Shown here: positions 56,583 through 64,000 of the stretch, piece by piece
How positions within the stretch are numbered: position 1 is the first letter of the stretch
How the letters are laid out: the number at the start of each line of letters is the position of its first letter
Assembly: GCA_905178155.1 (NCBI GenBank)
Contig: CAJINV010000014.1
Location: 124,001 to 188,000, forward strand
DNA from: Amoebophrya sp. A120
Taxonomy: Eukaryota; Protista; Dinoflagellata
DNA: 64,000 nt
Direction: 5' to 3'
Notes under the pieces: model-generated
The model's input: the letters and a program-made list of their open reading frames with translations, nothing else
Database searches by the model: none
Told to the model about the DNA's origin: nothing
Position numbers and translations under genes: made by a program

Positions 56583-59500
56583 TCAGACGCTGCCAGAATC
56601 GGTGTCCTGCTGTAGGGTCGTGCGTCCAAAGACAATCACAGGAAAAAGCTGGTTGTTCGTCCCTCTGATCCTGTGACGCAGAGAAGGTGTCAAGGATAAT
56701 TCTGTCTTGCTAGGAATACGCGACATGACTGAATTTTCTGTAGTGCCGGCGTTTATTTCGTCCACCCGAGGTGGACGCACAAATGGCAGACTGTGTCTGG
56801 TGTCTTCATGCAAAGTTGCAAGCTTCACAACATGTACTGTACATGGTGCGCCGAGTTGTATTCTAGTCCAAATAAAGCATCACGGAGGTGCCAAAGAACA
56901 AACACTTTCTTCCCACGATCGGATACAGGCTGCCAGCTCGGTAATGCGGAGCTGCCTTGTCAGCTGTTCGGCTGTCCCGCTGGGCAGCATGATCCACACC
57001 CATCTGGCCTCTCCAGCGTATGAAGTTGTTCTCGAACGTTACATAGATCGCTGTTACTTACATGTGCGTAAATACTGTTATAGCAAAACCAATACCAAAC
57101 GCGAAAGCAGAGAACTTGTCGTGCGAAGTTGCTTGAAGATTTTTATGTGAAGGCTGTGGCTGTTCCAGTTCCTGCTTGTCGTAATTTTGCATGACAAATC
57201 ATCTAGCAGCGATGAGTCTAACTCTCGAGAACACCATACGACGGGTGGGTCGCAGATCACGCGTGGCAGGTTATCCAAGAAAAAACGTGTGTAAGTGTAA
57301 CTTTGACTTTCTTGGAGGAAAAGCAACACAAATGTGAGGACTCTGCATGACACAGAGAAAACCTCTCATGCGCGGCTAGTATCAGTGAAAACACGACGAC
57401 GACGGACGGAACAAACCTCTGATGCACGTCCAGCATGACAGGTGTAAGTGTCTTCCATCCTCTGCAACACAGATTTACACTTTTACAGATTTTTTCCTCA
57501 CGATACACGTGCACCGCGGCGTACGTGTCATCGTAGAATATGAGAGCTCACAACTGATGCGCCACCTCCCCCTCGTTTGTCATGCAAGATACCAAATAAG
57601 CCGCTTCCTGCCTTCTAGCAGCTCCACCGTTTTCATGTTCCGGAATGTTGACCCTCGTCCCGGGCGGTGCTTCACTCCACGCGCGAACAAGAACTCATCG
57701 TGCTGCACAAGCTCCATGTAGAAGTTGGAACTAGTTGTACTTCTATTAGTTACTATTCTTGATCGCTGGTCTACTACCTCCTGGGAAGCGTTTTTACTTT
57801 AAGAAATGCAGAACGAGGGGGAGTAGTAAGTTCTAGTTGCGCGCTCCTCTCATATAGAAGTGATTGGGGGCAAAAGCCGAGTTGTCGACTTCATTGGCGG
57901 GATATCAAGTGTAAAAATGTCTGGGTCTGGAAGATTCTGAACTTGTGATGCTATCTTTGGATTCTAAAAAGATTTGTATTGCATGACCAGCACCAAGAGG
58001 ACTCCACTCTGTGCTACGCGGAGAGGACATTTGTCATGCGGTACAGGCATCGCAAAGCGCTCGAAAAATCTGCGATGCTAGAGCATGCATCACAGACATC
58101 ATTGGTCATTCAAAATATGCATGACAAACCTGGCAATCTTCCATACCCAGACATTTTTACATTTGATACGGGATTCCCGGGACTTGCTGGGATGTCTTTC
58201 GCCAAGGTCGCAGCGGCCATTTCTTCGGGGCCGATGGTGCCGCAGGTGTGCATGCCGTTCGTGCCGTCCGGAACCAGGCACTTTCCGGTAATCTGATTGC
58301 AAGGCGGTGTAACCGCGGTGCTCACCCCGACGACGGCGCCGCACCCGTTTGTCGCTTGCGTAAAGTCCGGCGTGGTCCTATCCTGAGCAAAAACACCCCT
58401 ACGACCCATGAAAAACAAATTCAGAAGTTTTGGGAATCACGCATGACATAAACAGACTGTGCTACTGCGGATATGGGAATCACGCATGACAAGTTTTTCT
58501 TTGTATTAGTATTGTGGTGCAGGTTACTAGCAAGGAAACCCGCATCACAAAGCCATCTCCTTACAGTCCTAGTATTTACAGCAACATTATAAATGCTAAA
58601 GCATGAAGATACATAGGAAATGGCTCTCATGGGGATGCACATTACAAGTCTTCCTGTCTTTGCAACTCTTTATGACAAGTCTGGTGTGGGGAGGCTTTTA
58701 CTCAGAATAGCCCCCGACTTTTCCAAGGTCCACGTCCGGGGTGCAGTCGCAGTGACCCGCTGCGCCGGTAGGTGCGTTATGGAAGCGTCAGTATTTAAAT
58801 CATCAAAGTTGAAATAGTTTGTCATGCATAAAATGCGATACAAAAGTGACTCTATTGCAGAGGACCCACGGGAGGCAGATTATAGCCCTGGTAAGGGTCA
58901 AGTAGAGTTGGACTGCTAACTAGCATGACAGAAGGCAGCTCCTTTTCCCTAAACCGCATGACAGACGCGCTTCCAGGACCGGGAAAATTTGTCATGCACC
59001 GACTACAAACTGTAGGTCTAACTGGTATGCGTTTTAATTATGCATGACAAACTATTTCAACTTTGACGATTTCAAACCTGGCACATCCATATGCGTCCTG
59101 TTCGGAGTTGTCGCTTTTGTCAAGCATTTTCCACTGGGCGCCGTCCTTCTTGCAGACCATGTTCTCCGTACTGTCATCGCACGTCGAGTCACTCTGGACG
59201 TCGAGCTGGAGCAGCATAGTTTGGGGCACGCAATTTTGGGAAGTGGTGAGGTGTAGGTAATAGTCGGTCAGGGCGGGGTCTGTCCGGTACTTGTACAATC
59301 CCGGCGACTATGCATTGCAAAAGTATCGTACTCGTATAAATGCATTACAAATTTCCTCAGCATGAGAAATGAAATTTGTAATGCAGATTTGCCTTGGGAA
59401 CAAGATTTGTAATGCGAGATTCGCATTTATACGAGTATCAGATACTTTTGCACAGGATAGCGACACTAGCGCAAACTCCCCCGTTTTATCCGGATACACG

Positions 59501-62500
59501 TCAATGTACTCGACGCGCGAGACGCATGGAAGCGTCAGGATCGAAATCGTCAAAGTTGTCATGCATAAAATGCAACCCACAAATAAATGCCTGTCTTGCA
59601 GAGTAGGCAAGGAAGGCAGATTGCAAGCCTGTTGCGCGGTAGAAATAGAGCTGCTACAGCTAGCATGACAAAAGGCGTCTTCCTTACCCAAACAGCATCA
59701 CAAACTGGACTGCGGCTCTACCCAAGTCTGTCATGCGCCACTTGGAAACTACTTAGGCGCCAAATGGTGTCCGTTTATGCATCAACTTTGCCGATTTCGA
59801 TCCTGACGCTTCCATAAGACGTGCGAAAACTCAGCCACCAGCCACGGGTTCTGGTTGGGGACACCCTCGAACAGTCGGCGTACTTGCCGTCTACCGCTAT
59901 GGGAAAGCCGCCGCGGTTATGCACTGCAAATCCAAATAAGTCTGGGTTTGCAAATAACTTGTGATGCTAGTTTGTGAATTATCGGGGGGCGCAGGCACAC
60001 TGCATGACGCACCTACGCATAACAACTTTTTGAGCTCCTACTTACTTTATGTGTTTCGCTTTCCGCATGGCAGACTGCGTCTTTATTGCATGACAGGCAA
60101 GAGGATTTATTTATATTTTCTCTGCTCATGCGTATACAGATTTGAAAGAAGTCGTGGGAGAGAAGCATGACAAACTTGCACTCACTTTCCAAACCCGGAC
60201 ATATTTGATTTGCCCCTTTGGTAGCGGTTCCTGTCGAACGCATTGCTCGGGCTGTGGTCGTATCCTGTGCAAAAGCATCGCACTCGTATTGCAATCATGC
60301 ATTACAAATCTTTTTCTTAAGGCAAATCCCCATTACAAATTTCATTTCTCACGCTGAGGAAATTTGTAATGCATTTATACGAGTGCGATACTTTTGCAGT
60401 TCATAGGTCGTCGATGTAATCGTTGGGAAAGCCGTCCAAAATCTTGGCCTTCAGCGTGTCGTGGTGGTGCGCGTGCTTGACATGCAGCTCCACCAGGCCG
60501 GTCAGTCCGCACATTTGTGCATCCTTGGCAATCTCCGCGCTGGTGCAGCCCGAGCCTACTGCGTTGTATCTGCCCTCTGCGTAATTTATCCCACAGAAAA
60601 ATAAAACTGGCAGGGCATATTTGTTGTATGTAATGCAAAAATAAATACACAGAAAAATCTGTCATGAGCGGCCTCGTAGCGTGCTGTTTAGGATACGCAG
60701 TACTGATTTTTTTGTGTATTTATTTTTGCATTACAAATGTGACCTGCCAGCTTGAGCTTTTTTCTGTGGGATATAATTCTCCACGGGCGTCGGTGTCATG
60801 CCGTTGGGGTCGCGATCCGGGGCGGCGTCGAGGATTGCTTGGTGTTGGGCGTTAAATTCGGCATCCTTTTCATCCCGCAGCTCGTCCGCTTTTTTGGCGA
60901 TTTCCACATTGCCGTCGACTGCCGCGATATGGGAGTGTCAGGATTGAAATCGTCAAAGTTGAAAATGAAATAGTTTGTCACGCATAGAATCGATAAGTAC
61001 CAGTTGGAAGCCCAATTTCCAAGCGGTATGCATGACAAATCTCGGCACCGTCTAAATCCAGTTTGTCATGCTGTTTAGGGACAGAAGGCGTCTTTTGCCA
61101 TGCTACTTTAGCAGCTCTACTACCGCAGACCCCAAACAGGCTGACAGTTGTCGGCCTCACTTGCCATCCCTGCAAGAGAGGCACTTCATGCGGCCTTGCA
61201 ATTTATGCATGACAAATCATTTTTTCAACTTTGTCGATTTCAAACCTGACAGTTCCATACGCGAGGCTAGATCCGTACACCACTACCTCGCGCAATTGCA
61301 GGGCCCGCGGAATAGTGACCGCTTCCGATTTCATGTGCGGTAGCTCGAGGAACACGTACTTGCCGATAGCACCGTGGCAGTCGATGTTGATGCGGTAGTA
61401 GGTATCCACCGGGGTCCCGGAATCGTCCTCGACCTGCATCTCGACCAGGGTCTCCATCGGCTCGTTAAACACCATGCCTTTGTTTTCGGCGTCTTGCGTT
61501 GCCGCGTCCTGCTCCTGCTTGGTTAAAACGTGGTCGGGGTTCTTCACGTCCAACCCAGGCATGGTGGACCCCTCCCAGCGCTTGGTGCCGCACAGTGTGT
61601 ATGCAAGAAAAAAACTGTGTAAGTGTAACTCTGTAATGCAGAACAGCCAACAGAGTTACGCCTGTCATGCCAGACAGCCATGGCTTTCTCTTTTCCTGTG
61701 TGTTTTCCCTTACGGGCCACGCATGACAGGTTTTCTCTGTCATGTAGAGGAAATTTGTGATGCTGTCAGCCAAAGAAAGTTACACTAACACAGTTTTTTC
61801 TTGGATAGTGTGTACTTTCCGCGTAATACGGTGTCCCCGCCCCACGTGCTGTTATCGTTCCACACCTCCTTCGTGTCGTGCACCGTCTCCTGACGGAAAC
61901 TGGTGCGAGCGACAGTGTTCGTCGTGTTCTTGATATCGTTCGGGTGGGGCCGGTATGCATAGGAAATATGTCTTGGTCTGGAAGAACGAATGGACCTTGT
62001 GATGCTACCCTTCGACCATGCAAAAACCTGTATTGCAGGAGCAGCAAATTAATAAAGACACGGACATGCTTGCCACCCGGAGCAGGGCACTTCACATGCA
62101 GGACAGGCATGGGCCAGCTTTATTTGGAAAAGCTGTGATGCTACTAAAGCTTGCATCACTTCACAGACATTGCAGCGGGTGGTCGTGTACAAGCTGCATG
62201 AAAAGCTTCCAGACCAAGACTATATATTTGAATTTGATAGCAGGTCACAGGCAATGGCTTTCTCGTCGCCGTTGCCGATAAATTTCCGACAGGGTGCCCC
62301 GCCCGCGCCAGTTTCACCGAAGTTCGCGTCCGGTTATGAATTGCAAAAGTATCGTACTCGTATAAATCTAAATGCATGACAAATTCCCTCCGCATGAGAA
62401 AAAAAAAATGTCATGCGGATTTACCTTGGGAAGAAAACTTGTAATGCATGATTGCAAATACCACGAGTACGATACTTTTGCACATGATACCGATTTCACG

Positions 62501-63709
62501 CCGACAACAAGGTAGGCGTCGTCCACATTGTCCTCATAGGTTCCGTTCACTGCGCGGTCTTGCAGAGGATCCGTCACAATGGACAAATCCTGCTCCCCGT
62601 CGGGAGCTGTATGGCCTTCTCAACTGTTACATTCTCAACTGTTACATGGATTTGTCATGCAAAAGCACCATTATCATCCTCACGATCAAGCTGCTCCGCA
62701 TGACAAATCTGCGGAGGGCTAAATAGCACTATAATCCGTCCCAAATCTGTAATGCAAAAGGCGCAATCTTCCTCCTTTCACTATTGCCCTTCTTGCATTG
62801 CAAATTCGTGTAATAGTTGAGAATGTATACATTTGAGAACGCCATAAGCTGCGCGGCAGGCGTTGAGGTCCGTCCAGGTGAACAGGGAGGCGACGCCGCA
62901 TTTTTTATTGTGAGGAAAAATCTCCCCTCCCCATATTGAAAGCGCATCCTTCTGAAAATTTGCAATGCAGATTTGTGACCACAAATCCTGTCTGTCTTGC
63001 AAGAAGGCGAATCCTGAGAGTCCGCCGCATTATGCAGGCGGTTTGTGATGCTCTTGGGCTACTTAAAGCCTAGAGATTTGGCATGCTAGGTGCCCACGTC
63101 AAAGCCTCTGGGCAGCTCAGGCTTGGCATATGCCTGCAGTCCTCTACTGCAGCACAAATCTGATTTGTGTACGGAAATCCAGCAGCAGAAATTTCGTTCT
63201 GATATGTTGGGGAGGTGGGACTTTTCCTTTTGATACTTTTTGGGACTCAAGGTGAGGAGCTGCACCTCCACGACCACCATGGGAGAGCCCGTCAGTTCCA
63301 GCTGCCACCAAGCGCGGGGAAAGGCCGCACCAACCGCGGGCGCGCCGGAAAACATATGAGAGTGCACAACTCCACCCCCTCCCCCTCATTTGTCATGTAA
63401 AACCCCAAATCCAAGTGCTTCTCTGTGGCACTGTTTGCATGACAAATTCTGAAAGCCCAACCAGTACGACACTAGGCACATGAATTTGTCATGCACAGGC
63501 TCCACGTGTGGGTGTGCTGGTGTCTGTATTGCTGTTCATGCAATACAAATGAGGGGGAGGGGGGGTTGTGCATTTTCATAAAACAACGCGCCGGCGCTGA
63601 AGGGGTAGTTGGTGGAGAAATATCCCGAATTCACTTCCTCAATAATTTGCAATACCGTATTCCCAATCTTCTGAATGGTCGGCTGCGACTTTTGGTCCAT
63701 GCCCCTGTT
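56583..63709 (-). CDS. Gene 4 (5'-partial, 20 TIR introns): tandem paralog of gene 3
   Basis: GYFSTNYPFSAGALF|SGAPAVGAAFPRAWWQLELTGSPMVVVEVQLLTLSPKK|CGVASLFTW, RALQLREVVVYG and RWVWIMLPSGTAEQLTRQLRITELAA|(F)GRTTLQQDTDSGSV* all align with gene 3. Confidence 0.85.
56634..56925. mobile_element. Highly decayed TIR intron (E-like)
   Basis: aatcacagg..cggata; DR aagac/caggc; frame matches the paralog. Confidence 0.65.
57019..57238. mobile_element. TIR intron family C (diverged)
   Basis: DR cagcg/cgacg. Confidence 0.78.
57272..57505. mobile_element. TIR intron family E
   Basis: DR caggt/cacgt. Confidence 0.87.
57539..57854. mobile_element. TIR intron family H
   Basis: DR tagaa. Confidence 0.83.
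57903..58168. mobile_element. TIR intron family A
   Basis: DR cggga. Confidence 0.9.
58379..58709. mobile_element. TIR intron family F
   Basis: DR ggtcc/gcccc. Confidence 0.83.
58778..59091. mobile_element. TIR intron family B
   Basis: DR tgcgt. Confidence 0.9.
59309..59459. mobile_element. TIR intron family D
   Basis: DR gcgac. Confidence 0.9.
59525..59816. mobile_element. TIR intron family B
   Basis: cat...ata; DR agacg. Confidence 0.88.
59918..60223. mobile_element. TIR intron family A (diverged)
   Basis: tat...gta; DR gcggt. Confidence 0.8.
60261..60405. mobile_element. TIR intron family D
   Basis: DR ggtcg. Confidence 0.9.
60587..60773. mobile_element. TIR intron, E-like
   Basis: tatcccacagaaaaa..tttttctgtgggata; DR taatt. 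Confidence 0.88.
60928..61259. mobile_element. TIR intron family B
   Basis: DR cgcga. Confidence 0.9.
61600..61807. mobile_element. TIR intron family E
   Basis: DR gtgtg. Confidence 0.9.
61954..62239. mobile_element. TIR intron family A
   Basis: DR gccgg/gcagg. Confidence 0.85.
62335..62489. mobile_element. TIR intron family D
   Basis: DR ccggt/ccgat. Confidence 0.9.
62610..62846. mobile_element. TIR intron family C
   Basis: DR agctg. Confidence 0.9.
62906..63235. mobile_element. TIR intron family F
   Basis: DR ttttt/ctttt; exons join as SPKK|CGVASL. Confidence 0.85.
63355..63580. mobile_element. TIR intron family H
   Basis: DR aaaca. Confidence 0.9.
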
Positions 63710-64000
63710 TATGCATTGCAAACATGATACGACGTCCTGGGCCTGGAAGTAGAATGCGAGACTTCTTGTCATGCGAGTTGTCTAGCGCGACACTGAGCTC
63801 TGTCTTGCGTGGACAGCAAGAGCTTCTCTTGTCTGTCATGCGAGAACTACGCTGTTTGTCATGCGGAATACGCAACTACACGGAACCTCCACGAAAAAAT
63901 CTGTCATGCTTAGCGGCGCATGAGAGTATGCTTTTCATCACGACTGATATGCATCACAAGTTTCCAGACCCAACACCAGACATAAGTATTTGCAATGGAT
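63710..64000. mobile_element. TIR intron family A (cut by the window end)
   Basis: tatgcattgcaaa..tttgcaatggat. Confidence 0.82.

Noticed and set aside
1023-63960. Recurring peptides such as LPDPDIF, FQTQTFLHLI and CKNVWVWK in the ORF track
   Set aside because: These are translations of family-A TIRs, not a protein family.
1-64000. Autonomous transposase or reverse transcriptase for the introners
   Set aside because: No DDE, RT, HUH or tyrosine-recombinase motif recognised in any ORF; it must be encoded elsewhere.

Overview
Eukaryotic, probably dinoflagellate-parasite, DNA; the architecture matches the introner-invaded genomes described for Amoebophrya (inference, no database search run). 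The window holds about four minus-strand genes. Three encode large proteins with F-type-lectin/galactose-binding-like repeats, and two of those are tandem paralogs. Their coding sequence is cut into tiny exons by about 100 non-autonomous terminal-inverted-repeat (TIR) elements from at least 9 families (labelled A-I here), plus two outlier elements. Almost all run TAT...ATA, lie between 5-bp direct repeats (DRs), occur in either orientation and have no GT-AG ends. At the roughly 30 junctions I translated, deleting the element plus one 5-bp repeat restored the reading frame, so they behave as non-canonical introns. Families with unrelated termini share an internal motif, GCAT(G/C/T)ACA(A/G)A. 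A second layer of mobile DNA is nested almost entirely inside these introns: a solo LTR, two Helitron-like copies, a foldback element, 5'-truncated retroposons with (AACG)n or (ATG)n tails, and 1-2 kb inserts flanked by unusually long 30-71 bp duplications. No transposase, reverse transcriptase, rRNA, tRNA or CRISPR array was recognised, and most ORFs in the supplied track are artefacts.
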